From an uncultured Candidatus Rokubacteria bacterium (GTDB lineage Bacteria; Methylomirabilota; Methylomirabilia; Rokubacteriales; CSP1-6): a stretch of 64,000 nucleotides of DNA. A program made the translations under genes and the position numbers. Under the pieces are notes generated by a model, which was not told the DNA's origin, searched no databases, and saw nothing but the letters and a program-made list of their open reading frames with translations. Positions 9,311-19,717 of this stretch are shown piece after piece (the stretch's first letter is position 1; every line of letters begins with the position of its first letter). The stretch spans positions 224,001 to 288,000 of the forward strand of contig CAWBMV010000034.1 in NCBI GenBank assembly GCA_963789955.1, given 5' to 3'.

Positions 9311-10214
9311 TCAGCCCTTCCGCAGCTTGGGATCGAGTGCGTCCCGGAGCGAATCGCCGAAGAGGTTGAAGCCGAACACGCCGAGGCTGATCGCGATACC
9401 CGGGAACAGCGCGATCCACGGCGCCTTCTCGGCATACGAGGGGGCGGAGCCCGACAGCATCAATCCCCACGACGGTGTTGGCTCCGCCGCTCCCGAGCCC
9501 CAGGTAGGACAGCGCGGCCTCGGCCAGGATCGCGGCGCCGAGCTGCGCCGTGACCATGATGATGTACGGGGCCGTGACGTTGGGAATGATGTGCTGCAGG
9601 ATCACGCGCCGCCGGGACGCGCCGAGCGCCTGCACCGCCTCGACGTAGACGTTCTCCTTCACGGACATGGCGGCCGCCCGCACCACGCGCGCGACGCGCG
9701 GGATGACCGGAATCGAGATGGCGATCACGACGTTGTGAACCGCCGGGCCCAGGATCGACGCGATGGCCAGGGCCAGGATCAGCTGCGGGAACGCCAGCAA
9801 GATGTCCATCAGCCGTTCGAGCAGGAGATCGACGTGGCCGCCCCAGAAGGCGCTGACCACGCCGAGCAGCGCCCCGATCGTGCAGCCGATGAACGACGCG
9901 AAGAATCCGACGAACAGCGCGATGCGCGCGCCGTACATGATCCGGCTCAGGACGTCGCGGCCGAACTCGTCGGTGCCGAACCAGTGCTCCGCGCTCGGCC
10001 GCGCGAACTGCAGGCCGTAGTCGCCGATGTACGGATCGTACGGCGCCAGCAGCTCGGCGAACACCGCCAGCACCAGCATCCCGAGGATGATCACCGCGCC
10101 GGCGGCGCCGAGCGGCTTGGTGCGGACGAACCGCGCCACCACGCCGGCGACGGTGAGCTTCGGCGCCAGGGTCGCCGACGCGGTCGCGTGGGCCAGCTCG
10201 ATGTTCGTCGCCAT
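9311..10214 (-). CDS. Peptide/nickel ABC transporter permease (DppC/OppC-like); frameshift near 9490
   Basis: HWFGTDEFGRDVLSR, EAA-like loop, EAALSYLGLG; C-terminus GDSLRDALDPKLRKG lies in another frame. Confidence 0.88.
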
Positions 10215-10219
10215 TGCCG

Positions 10220-11177
10220 TCAGCGGTATCGGATACGCGGATCGAACCACGCGTACGTGAGGTCGACGAGCAGGTTGATCACGACGAAGCCGAACGCGAT
10301 GAGGAAGATCAGCGCCTGCACGACCGGATAGTCGCGGTGCGCGACGGCGTCGACCACGAACCGCCCCACGCCGTTCAGGGTGAACACGGTCTCGGTGACG
10401 ACCAGCCCGCCGATCAAAAAGGCGAACTCGGTGCCGACGAGCGTGATCACCGGGAGCATCGAGTTCTTCAGGGCGTGACGGACGACGACGGCCCGCTCAC
10501 GCAGTCCCTTGGCCCACGCCGTGCGGATGTAGTCCTCGCGCAGCACCTCGAGGAGCGTCGAGCGCGTCATCCGCGTGGTGACGGCGGCGTAGCGATAGCC
10601 CACCGTGAGCACGGGCCAGATCATCATCTGAAAGTTCGCCCAGGGATCGATCCAGGGCGGGGTGAACTCGAGCGGCGGTCCCCACCCGAAGAAGATCACG
10701 AGCATCAGGATGCAGAGGATTCCCACCCAGAACGACGGGATCGCCAGTCCACCGATGCTGACGATGCGCACGAGGTAGTCCACCCAGGAGTCCTGACGGA
10801 CCGCCGCCAGCATGCCAAGCGGAATCGCGATGATCACCGAGACGAAGGTCGCCGCGATCGCCAGCTCGAGTGAGAGCGGCAGCCGCACCAGCATCTCCTC
10901 GATGACCGGACGCCCGGTCCAGAGCGAATTGCCGAAGTCGAAGCGGAGGACGCCCCAGAGCCACGTCCCGAACTGCACCAGCAGCGGCTGGTCCAGGCCC
11001 GAGACGATGGCGCATGTCGGCGAGCTGCTTGGCGTCGATCTGACCGCCCGCTTCGCCGCCGAAGATCAGGAGCGCCACGTCGCCGGGAATGACCCGCATG
11101 ATCACGAACACCAGCGCGGCGGCGCCGAGCAAGGTCGGAACGATCAGCAGGAGACGCTTGGCGACGTAGGTGCCCAT
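10220..11177 (-). CDS. Peptide/nickel ABC transporter permease (DppB/OppB-like); frameshift near 11000
   Basis: N-terminus MGTYVAKRLLL (ORF 10497..11177) joins ORF 10220..10978, which has DYIRTAWAKGL and DPRIRY. Confidence 0.88.
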
Positions 11178-11199
11178 ATCCGGCGCGCCGCGCGCTGGC

Positions 11200-12808
11200 T
11201 CAGTCTTCGGACAGCCAGACGTCCTGGAGCTTCTGGTTAGCGTAGTGATTCGGCGGCGCCACGTAGTTCTTCACTTTGGTCCAGTGGACGACGCTGCGAG
11301 TCCACCAGAGACCGGGCATATAGTAGACGTGCTCGAGCACGGTCTTCTGCAGCTGAAGGATCGCCTTGCGCCGTTCCGCGGGGTCGAGCGCGCGCGCCTG
11401 CCGTGAGAACAGGTCATCGACCGCCGGATCGGTGAAGCGGCCCCAGTTCTGCGGATCTCCGGTGGTGTAGCGCCGCAGGAAGATATCGGGGTCGTCACTG
11501 GCCTCGACCGTCGGCGCGACGATCAGCTCGAAGTTGCCGGTGTCTCGTCCGTCGGCGAACCAGGCCGCGGTCTCCTCCGGCCGTTGCTCGGCCTGGATGC
11601 CGATCTTGCGCCACTCCTGAACGGCGAACACCGCGAAGTCCTGATACGGCAGCTTCACGTTTCGGTTCTTGAGCACGACCTTGAAGCCGTTGGGATAGCC
11701 CGCCTCGGCCAGCAGCTTCTTCGCCTCGGCCCGGTTCTTCTCGATGTCCGTGCCGAACCCCGGGAAGCTTTTGCAGCTCGGCCTCCGGCATCGCGAACTC
11801 CGTCCCCGGACGCAGCAGGCCGCCGACGTCCTTCAGGCTCGTGAGCGGGAACAGCACTCGCCCCATCGTGTAGCGATCGAGCGAGAGCGTCAGCGCCTTG
11901 CGCACGCGCTCGTCGGAGAACGGCTTCGCGGTGTTGTTGATCGCGATCCCCCACTGACCGGTCATCGGCGTGTGCTGGACGGCCACCTTGTCGCCCAGCT
12001 GCTTCTTGATCGCCTCGACCTCCGCCAGGGGCAGGTCGCGGAACTCGATGTACGCGCGCCCGGAGCGGATCGCAGCCGCCCGCACCGACGTCTCGGTGCT
12101 GATGAAGAACTTGTAGCCGTTCAGGTAGGGCCGATCCTTGACGAAGTAGTCGGGGTTGCGCTCGCCCTCGAAGCTCGCGCCCGGCGTGTAGCTCTTGAAC
12201 TTGAAAGGACCGGAGCCCATCACGTTCTTCATGAAGTAGTTTGGGTCCTTGTCCAGGTACTTCTTCGGATAGATCACGTTCCACGGCGAGGCCAGATTCA
12301 GAAGCAGCGAGGCCGAGGGGAACTTGAGCTTGAACACGACGGTGCTCGCGTCCGGCGCCTCGATGCTTGTCACGGCCGAGTAGCTGTTCTTCCGGACGCT
12401 GCGTGTCCCTGGGGGCGGGAAGAGGAGCTTGTCGTACGTGGCCTTGACGTCGACGGCCGTCAACGGCGAGCCATCGTGAAACTTGATCCCGGGACGAATC
12501 TTGAACGTGTACGTCAGGGCGTCGGGCGAGATCTTCCATTCGCTCGCGGCGTCCCCGATGATCTTGGGATAGTCGTAGGGGTCCGTCTGAAGCAGGGTGC
12601 TGTAGAGCGGAGCCACGAGCTGGATCGTGGCGAATGTGCTCTCCTGGTGCGGATCGAGACTCGGCGGGTCGGCGCCGATCACGGCCAGCAGAACCCCGCC
12701 ACGACGCGGAGTTTCGGCGGCGTGAATCGCGGGAACCGCCAGCGCGAACGCAACCGTGAGAGCCACGACGAAGCACACCACACGTCGACCCTGGTCGCCT
12801 GCGGCCAT
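11200..12808 (-). CDS. ABC transporter substrate-binding protein, family 5; frameshift near 11760
   Basis: Signal peptide, DPPSLDPH, GSGPFKF and RVRKAL motifs; C-terminus in ORF 11200..11676. Confidence 0.88.
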
Positions 12809-12941
12809 GCACCACCTCCGCGAGCGTGAGACGCTCGATTTGTTTCCTGTACTGATTAGTGGCGGACGGTACCGTGTGAGGCCGCACCTGTCAACCCGTG
12901 CTGCTTGTAACGTCGGCTGTCAGGTTCGATGACGACTGCTC

Positions 12942-13349
12942 TCAGCGAGGGGCGAGCACCATCTGTGTCTGGATCGTCTGGGCCAGCAACCGGCCCGACG
13001 CGTCGGTCACGCGCGTCTGCCACACCATCGTGGTGCGGCCGCGATGCAGCGGCGTGGCTTCGGCGCGCACGACGCCGTCGCGTCCGGCCGCGAAGAAGTT
13101 GGTCTTCGACTCGAGTGTCGTGGTCGAGGCGCCGGGCGGCAGGTTGAGGAACGTCGCGGTGGCGCCGACAGTGTCGGCGAGCGCCATGATCGCGCCGCCG
13201 TGGAGCGCGCCGCCGACCGTTCGGAGGTCGTCGCGGATCGTCAGCTCCGCGACGAGCCGGTCCTTGGAGGCTTCCGTGTAGCGCATGCCGATCAGCCCGG
13301 GCAGAAACGACCGCTGCAAGTCCATGAGCGCATCGAGGTCGATGGTCAC
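12942..13349 (-). CDS. PaaI-family hotdog thioesterase
   Basis: LHGGAIMALAD, TTLESKTNF and LHRGRTTMVW motifs; AGGAG RBS. Confidence 0.9.
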   Translation of the reverse strand: MTIDLDALMDLQRSFLPGLIGMRYTEASKDRLVAELTIRDDLRTVGGALHGGAIMALADTVGATATFLNLPPGASTTTLESKTNFFAAGRDGVVRAEATPLHRGRTTMVWQTRVTDASGRLLAQTIQTQMVLAPR

Positions 13350-13393
13350 GAATGTCTCCTTGGATTGATGCGCGCCCAGAAGCGCCCCGAGGA

Positions 13394-13650
13394 TCAGGCG
13401 GGCGAGTAGCCGCGGTACTCCTCATCCGCCCTGATCCCTCTGATTCGATTGATGATGGCACTATTGGGTTGCGCCTGGGTTGCAGGATCTTGCACCAGGT
13501 CGGCCTGCGAGGGCATCCACTTCGCGTAGACGCGGAGCAGCACGCTCGCGTTCGACCAGCCACCCTGCTGCTGAACGTAGAGGAGCGGCGCGTTCCGAGA
13601 CGGCATGATCGAAGCCCACGACGCCTTGCCGATGTCGATCGCCACGAATG
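13394..13650 (-). pseudogene. Tyrosine recombinase (phage integrase) C-terminal remnant
   Basis: SWASIM..RNAPLLYVQQQGGWSNASVLLRVYAKWMP resembles the integrase box II region with catalytic Tyr; the N-terminal part is lost at the IS3 remnant. Confidence 0.7.
13403..13421. repeat. att core repeat, left copy (displaced DJ-1/PfpI 3' end, EYRGYSPA*)
   Basis: Identical to 23703-23721. Confidence 0.9.
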
Positions 13651-13920
13651 ACGTACCCCCGGGACGGCAAGCCGAACCAGAACGCCGACATCGAGAGCTT
13701 CAACGGCCGCCTCCGAGACGAGTGCCTCAACGAACACTGATTCACGAGCTTATCGTTTGCCCGTCAGACCCTCGAGGCGGGGCGCCTCGACTACAATGCC
13801 GTTCGACCGCACAGCAGCCTGAACCACGCGGCGCCCACGGAGTTCAAGCAACTCACCATGAAGTGGGCCGCCCACCCGATTTTCACATCCTGAGTGGCTC
13901 AGAGTCGGGGAGCCGGTCGG
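13650..13920 (+). pseudogene. IS3-family transposase C-terminal remnant with probable right end
   Basis: KPNQNADIESFNGRLRDECLNEH*FTS...DYNAVRPHSSL, with an internal stop and frameshifts. Confidence 0.85.
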
Positions 13921-14353
13921 AGGAGCTGGCTCAGTTCAGCGTGGACTTGGCTCGTGTGGTGAGGGCATCGCGGGGAGGAACCTAAAGCCGGTTAGGTAGC
14001 CTCGTCAACGACTATGTAACGACTATGTTTTGATACGGCCACCGTCACCGCTAGCGGCAAAGGGACCTCGATTCGAGAATGGGTAGTGGGGCATCCAGCA
14101 GAAAAGGTAAGTGAGCTAATACTCACGCCCACCCAAGCCCTCCTGACGTGGGCGTGCCGGGTCGCGATCGTGGTGCCGCGTGGGGGGACCGGGGCGCGGG
14201 GTGCGATGGCGAAAGCGCGTTTGAAGTTCCTACGCTCGACCTCCGGCTCCCGCGCGCGCGGCACCCGGCGCGGCTTCGGGGTCGACCCCGCTGGCGGTCT
14301 CCCGCATGGCTCCGCGCACGGCCGTCCGACCCATCGCGTCGGTCACGTCGACG

Positions 14354-16138
14354 TCAGCCATCGATCGACAGGCGCTCGAGCTCGCGTCCCAGCATCGCGT
14401 GGACGGCGCGCTGGGCGACGATCGGGCGCACGGTGTGGTCGCGCCCGGGCAGCGTCTCCAGGACAGCGTTGGGCCACTCGTCCATCCGGGCGAGGATGCC
14501 CTCCGAGCGGAGCTCGTCGTAGACCGGCTCGTCGCCGGAGAACCCGAGGACGACCCGGGTCCCCCGATCGCGCAGCGCATCCATGAGGCGCGCCGTGGTG
14601 GGACCCGTCGCGTCCGACCGGGCCGCGGCTGTCAGGCGTCGCGGAGCCCGGACGGCGGCCTTGATGGCGCGCCCGGCCACGGCCCGCGAGACTGCGACCA
14701 TCCGCGAAGCACCCAGCTCGCCCCGGGCGACCCGCCGCCAGACCGAGGGCTGGAGCAGCCGTCCGATCTTCGCCGCCTCCCGGCGCTGGAGCAGCCCGGC
14801 GTCCCACACCATCGCCCCCGGGTTGACGACGAGCGCGGCGATCACCCGGCCGTCCGTCGCCGCCGTGTTCACCGCCCAGTAGGCCCCCGCGCAGAGGCCG
14901 ATCAAGACGAAGCGCGGACCGAGGCCGCGCGCTTGCAGGTCATCCAGGATCGCTCCGACCTCGGCGCCGTAGGCGGGGGTGTAGAAGTTAGCGACGTCAC
15001 GATAGCGGCCCGGGTCGCCGTCCGAGTCGCCGATCCCCTCGAGGTCGACCCGGAACGTGGGGACACCGCGCCGGGTCCAGTCCCGGGCGATCTCGGTCCA
15101 CAGCCGGTTCGGGCCCACCCGCCGGACCGCGCCGGCGTTGAGGAAGACGGCGCAGAGCGGCGTGGCCGGGGCGTCGACGGGCTCGGCGAGCAGGCCGAAG
15201 AGCTGGCCGAACGGCTGCGCGATATGGACGGGTGTTTCCCGGATCGGCCGGCCGTCCAGGCAGAGCTCGAGTCGATCGAGCGCCTCCGGCGCCTCGACCG
15301 CGACGGGGCGCGGCCGCCCGACGGGGGCGCCCGCCAGCCATCGGCCGACCCGGTCGAAGACCTCGGCCGGCGGCGTGTACTGCTCCGGATGGAAGACCAT
15401 GTCCGTCCAGCCCGGGCCGGGGGCCGCCGTGACGTCGACCCCCGCCTCCGCCAGGTGCGCCTCGAGCGCGGCGTCGCGAGCCAGGCCCTCGCGCTGGAGG
15501 AGCAGGGCGCGCTGGAGGCGGCCGAGGGGCAGCTGGTCGAGCTCGAGCGGCGCGATCGCCGCGATCGTCTCCGCCGCCAGGACGAACCCGCCCACCTCCA
15601 GCCAGCCGTCGGGCAGGACGGTCGGCTCGGGCTCGCCGCTCACGCTGTACCGATCGCTCTGGAGAGCGGCGAACGCTCGCTGCTCGCGCAGGAACGCCCG
15701 GCCCCGGGAGGGCGCCGCCCAGAGCACGAGGTCGTCGACCGGCGCACCGTCGGCGATGGCCTTGCCGGCCACGAGACCGCCCAGCCCCAGGCCGATCAGC
15801 GCGACGCGGTCCACGCCCGGGCGGGCGGCGAGCCAGGCAGCGGCGGCGCCGATGGCACTGGTCCAGGCGTCGAGCCGGGCCGGATCGCCCGGCGTGCCGG
15901 CGCTGTCGCCGATCCCCGGCAGGTCGATGCGGAGCGTCGGGTGTCCGTCGGCCGCCAGGCGTTCGGCCCAGGCCCGCCGGCTGGCGTACGACGTGATCTC
16001 GTCCCAGCCCCACGGCCCGACGATGAGGACCGCGGTCGCGGAGTCCGGGCCCGAGGCGGCGTCGTGGAACGTCCCGAAGACCGCGTCGGGCGACGCCCGC
16101 AGCCAGATCGAGCGCGCAGCCGGGGACGGGACGGTCAC
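14354..16138 (-). CDS. Tandem double alpha/beta-hydrolase (resembles fused exosortase-A-system hydrolase 2 and hydrolase 1); putative acyltransferase
   Basis: GTG 16138 overlaps the GH2 stop; two RxDLxGIGDS motifs; elbows IGLGLGG and IGLCAGA; RRVGPNRL; C-terminal GRDHT. Confidence 0.8.
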   Translation of the reverse strand: MTVPSPAARSIWLRASPDAVFGTFHDAASGPDSATAVLIVGPWGWDEITSYASRRAWAERLAADGHPTLRIDLPGIGDSAGTPGDPARLDAWTSAIGAAAAWLAARPGVDRVALIGLGLGGLVAGKAIADGAPVDDLVLWAAPSRGRAFLREQRAFAALQSDRYSVSGEPEPTVLPDGWLEVGGFVLAAETIAAIAPLELDQLPLGRLQRALLLQREGLARDAALEAHLAEAGVDVTAAPGPGWTDMVFHPEQYTPPAEVFDRVGRWLAGAPVGRPRPVAVEAPEALDRLELCLDGRPIRETPVHIAQPFGQLFGLLAEPVDAPATPLCAVFLNAGAVRRVGPNRLWTEIARDWTRRGVPTFRVDLEGIGDSDGDPGRYRDVANFYTPAYGAEVGAILDDLQARGLGPRFVLIGLCAGAYWAVNTAATDGRVIAALVVNPGAMVWDAGLLQRREAAKIGRLLQPSVWRRVARGELGASRMVAVSRAVAGRAIKAAVRAPRRLTAAARSDATGPTTARLMDALRDRGTRVVLGFSGDEPVYDELRSEGILARMDEWPNAVLETLPGRDHTVRPIVAQRAVHAMLGRELERLSIDG

Positions 16139-18738
16139 GCCGGCCGCGCCGCGGTCGCGATGGCGACCCGTCCATCGAGGTTGAGCGCGGTGAGCGCGCC
16201 GCCCGCGAAGGCCCGCCCCGCCATGAGGGGCCGCAGCGCGATCGTGCGCGACCCGCCCGGCTCGACCGAGAAGGCGTCGTCGGACGGCGCGAAGCCGGCC
16301 ACGTGGATCCGGACGCCGTACGCCAGGCGCCGGGTGGCGACCGTCAGGCGGACGCTCCCGTTCGGCTCGGCGCAGGCGCTCGCGGCGAGCCCCAGGCGCT
16401 GCTCCGACTCGACCGCCCGGGGCCGTCCGGCGGGGAAGTGGAACGCCTGCGAGATGAGCTCGACGCCATCGGCGCCGTCGCGCTCCAGGCTCGCCACGAT
16501 CGCGTCCTGGGCGGGCGGGCCGAACCGGTATGCCCAGGCCGCGTCGACGAAGTGTCCGATGAGCACCTCGACATCGCGCTGCGCGGCGCCGTGGGCGGAC
16601 ACCTCGAGCCACTCTTCGCCGTGGCCCACCGGCCGCTCGAGGTCCGAGTACAGGGCGATCCGGACGCGCGCCCGCAGGGCCGCCGGGCCATCGTTCGCGA
16701 TGTGCGCGATGACGCCCCCGATGCCCTCGTCGACCAGCCAGATCGCGCTCGGGGCGAGGATCCGGCGCAGGTGGTGATAGGCGGTCTTCGGGCGGCCGCG
16801 GTCGTCCACGACGCCCCAGCCCGCGCCGGCGACGAGGTCGCGCAGCCACAGGATCAGGCCGCCGCCGCACGGCGACCCGGCCCGACGCCACTCCCCGTAG
16901 ACCTGCTCCATGACCTCTCCGGTCACCGCCCGGGACAGCTCGAGGTAACGGGCGACGTCGTCCCGGCGCAGCGCGGCGGGATCGACCCGGAACAGGAGCG
17001 CGAGGTAGTGGTCGCGCACGTCGTCGAAGTCCCAGCCGGCCCCCGGGTCACGGGCCACTCCGGCCTTCCAGCGCGGATCGTGGATGAACGCCTCGTCGGG
17101 GGATCCGGGGAAGATCGTCGCCAGGGTCTCTTCGTCGGGCACGTTCGCGAACGCGAGGGACTCGCCCGCGAAGCGGAGCCCGCTCGTGCGCGCGTCCGAG
17201 AGCGGTCCGCGATAGCCGCCCACCCCGTAGTAGTTGGTCACGCCCCGATCGGGCCGGATGGGCAGCTCGCCACCGAACGGGGAGGAGGGCACGTAGATGG
17301 CGTCGAGACCGGCCTCGCGCGCCGTCCCGGGGAGCCAGTGGTCGAAGAACGGGATGCGCGCCAGGGCCATGTCCAGGCCGAGCATCGCCACCTGCTGCTC
17401 GATCTCGCTGCTGCCGCACAGGACCGCGGTGCTGGGCCGGCCGGCGAGCCGCTCCACGACGTCCCGGGCCTCCGCCTCCGCCACCCACCGGAAGTCGTCA
17501 TCGGTGAACGGGTAATCCATGCTCGCGAACATGAGATCCTGCCAGACCATCACCCCGAGCTCGTCGCACAGCTCGTGGAAGGCGTCCTGCTCGTAGGGAC
17601 CGAAGCCGGACAGGCGGAGCATGTTCATGCCGGCCGCCCGGACGGTCTCGATGGCCGCCCGCAGCTCCGCCCTCGAGGGCGTCAGGCCGACGATGTCGAG
17701 CGGCATCCACAGGGCCCCCCGGGCGAACACCGGGACGCCATTGACGTGGATGGACAGGCCGTCGCGGTCGATGTCGTGATCCGGCGTGGGGCCCGGGGTC
17801 AGCGTCCGGAAGCCGACCCGCCCCAGGTCGATCGTCGTCGGCCGCACGTCCTCGCCGAGCAGGATCCGGACGTCGTGGAGGGCGGGCTCTCCGTGCGTGT
17901 GGGGCCACCAGCGGCGGACGGCCGGCACCCGCAGCCGGCCCTCCGCGATGAGCTCGTCGGCGGTCCCGTCGGCGGCCTCGACGATGCCGATCGCCGCGCG
18001 GTGGCGACCCGACGGGCCGTCCAGCTCCAAGGTCGTCCGCCCGGTCGGCGCCCCGCCGAGGTTCCGGAGGCGGAGGCGCACGGACAGGATCCCGTCGTCA
18101 CCGTCGAGGCGAGGGCGGAGCGTCGCTCCGAGCACGGCGACCCGCCGCCGGCGCTCGAGCCGCACCGGGCGCCACGGTCCGACCGCGACGGGACCGGGCG
18201 AGAACCCCGGGATCCGGCCGAGCAGCATCGTTCGGAACCAGCGCAGGTTGTTGTCCGGCACGAGCCGGGTCCGCCAGCGCGCCCGCGGCCGGCGCTGTGT
18301 GCCTAGGAGCGGGGCGAGCGCGCGACAGCGGATCGCGAGCTCGTTCGCGCCCCGCAGGAGCGCCCCGACATCGAGCGCGTGGCGCGCGAACATCGAGTCG
18401 CCCTGGAGCAGCAGGTGTCCGTTCAGCCAGACCTCGGCCACGGTCGCGATGCCGTCGAGGTGGAGCACGACCTCCTCGTCGGTCGCGGCGGGCGCGGCCT
18501 CGAACGTCGTCCGGAACCACCAGTCCTGGCTGTCCAGCGGGCCGGCCTCGCGACCCGCGTCGCGCAGGAGGCCGGCCGCCGTGCCGGGGACGCGGGCCGG
18601 GAGCCAGTCGAGGTCGTCGATCGCCTCCGGCGAGGGCCGTCGATCGGGCTCGGCCCAGGCGGCCTGCCAGCCCTGCTCGAGAGGGAGCTGTTCATACCCA
18701 TCGACGTGGGTGCGCGCAGGGGTCAGGCCGGCCGGCAT
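16135..18738 (-). CDS. Glycoside hydrolase family 2 (beta-mannosidase-like) protein
   Basis: DGIATVAEVWLNG, WWPHTHGEP, NGVPVFARG, GMNMLRL, CDELGVMVWQDLMFA, LCGSSE motifs; no signal peptide. Confidence 0.85.
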   Translation of the reverse strand: MPAGLTPARTHVDGYEQLPLEQGWQAAWAEPDRRPSPEAIDDLDWLPARVPGTAAGLLRDAGREAGPLDSQDWWFRTTFEAAPAATDEEVVLHLDGIATVAEVWLNGHLLLQGDSMFARHALDVGALLRGANELAIRCRALAPLLGTQRRPRARWRTRLVPDNNLRWFRTMLLGRIPGFSPGPVAVGPWRPVRLERRRRVAVLGATLRPRLDGDDGILSVRLRLRNLGGAPTGRTTLELDGPSGRHRAAIGIVEAADGTADELIAEGRLRVPAVRRWWPHTHGEPALHDVRILLGEDVRPTTIDLGRVGFRTLTPGPTPDHDIDRDGLSIHVNGVPVFARGALWMPLDIVGLTPSRAELRAAIETVRAAGMNMLRLSGFGPYEQDAFHELCDELGVMVWQDLMFASMDYPFTDDDFRWVAEAEARDVVERLAGRPSTAVLCGSSEIEQQVAMLGLDMALARIPFFDHWLPGTAREAGLDAIYVPSSPFGGELPIRPDRGVTNYYGVGGYRGPLSDARTSGLRFAGESLAFANVPDEETLATIFPGSPDEAFIHDPRWKAGVARDPGAGWDFDDVRDHYLALLFRVDPAALRRDDVARYLELSRAVTGEVMEQVYGEWRRAGSPCGGGLILWLRDLVAGAGWGVVDDRGRPKTAYHHLRRILAPSAIWLVDEGIGGVIAHIANDGPAALRARVRIALYSDLERPVGHGEEWLEVSAHGAAQRDVEVLIGHFVDAAWAYRFGPPAQDAIVASLERDGADGVELISQAFHFPAGRPRAVESEQRLGLAASACAEPNGSVRLTVATRRLAYGVRIHVAGFAPSDDAFSVEPGGSRTIALRPLMAGRAFAGGALTALNLDGRVAIATAARPA

Positions 18739-18742
18739 GGTG

Positions 18743-19717
18743 TCAGCGTACGGCGTCGCGCAGCGAGCTCATCGCCTCGGTCCATGCGTCGCCCAGCGCA
18801 CCCATGGCATCCGTGGGATCGAAGGGCCGGCGTCGGGCCAGCTTGAAGCCGAGCAGCTTGCAGCCCTCGACGATCCGGGCCATCGCCGCGGTCGCCGGGG
18901 CGCCCTCGTCGCCGAGCAACCAATCCACGTGGGAAGCGAGGAGCTCGAAGCCGGCCCCGGCCATCCGGAACGTGGCGAACGTGAACGCGTGGTACAGCGC
19001 GTCGTCACCGGCGAGGAGGGCGGGCAGGTCGGCCGCCAGCCGCGCGCCGAACCGCTCGAACGGGTTGCCGGCGACCACCCGGTCGAGGTGGCCGCGGAGG
19101 ATCCCCCGGGCCGCCGCGCGCAGCGCATCGCCGCGCAGCGTGGGGCCGGCATCGAACCGGATGAGCTCCGTGTACGGCGGCAGCACGTCGTCGGACCAGC
19201 CCGGCCCCAGGCGGAAGGCGCCCCGGAAGTCGTGGTCGGCCAGCTCGTACAGCGACGTGTTGTGGAAATACCGGAACCGCTGCCCGGCCAGGTCGATCGC
19301 CTCGGCGATCACGCCGGTCTTGACGTGGCCCCGTCCGTAGGTCGTGGCGGCCGTGTCGGGCAGGTACCAGGCATCGAGCTCGATGGTCATCGTCCGCCCG
19401 AGCGCGATGAGCTCGGCGATCTGGTCCGGGATCGGGCGATACGGCTGCGTCTCGTGGATGTCCATCCCGTACAGCAGCTCGAGGTCGACCGCGAGCGGCT
19501 TGAAGAACACCCACTGGTCGTTCTCGAAGTCCATCCGGACGAACGATCCGAACGCCGCCAGCGGCTCGTCCCCGCGGGCGTGGAGCAGCTCGATGACGAT
19601 GTCCGTGAAGCAGTCCGTCTCGATGTACGTCCGCTCGCCCGCGTGGAGCGGATGCGGGCGGTACGTCGCCGGGTCGTGGCCGAACAGGCTGACCAGGCCG
19701 GTCGGCACGGCGTTCAC
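18743..19717 (-). CDS. DUF1839 family protein (in frame with the upstream ligase in this assembly)
   Basis: ETDCFTD, DQWVFFKP, ELDAWYLPDT, YGRGHVKT, YFHN and LPPYTE motifs; probable own GTG start at 19717. Confidence 0.75.
   Translation of the reverse strand: MNAVPTGLVSLFGHDPATYRPHPLHAGERTYIETDCFTDIVIELLHARGDEPLAAFGSFVRMDFENDQWVFFKPLAVDLELLYGMDIHETQPYRPIPDQIAELIALGRTMTIELDAWYLPDTAATTYGRGHVKTGVIAEAIDLAGQRFRYFHNTSLYELADHDFRGAFRLGPGWSDDVLPPYTELIRFDAGPTLRGDALRAAARGILRGHLDRVVAGNPFERFGARLAADLPALLAGDDALYHAFTFATFRMAGAGFELLASHVDWLLGDEGAPATAAMARIVEGCKLLGFKLARRRPFDPTDAMGALGDAWTEAMSSLRDAVR

Noticed and set aside
8462..13741. UGA-to-Trp recoding or selenocysteine (TGA at Trp positions in the cyclase and the IS3 remnant)
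   Set aside because: Most genes here end in TGA with ATGA/GTGA overlaps and use TGG for Trp. The IS3 copy is decayed, and the positions correspond to Trp, not Cys.
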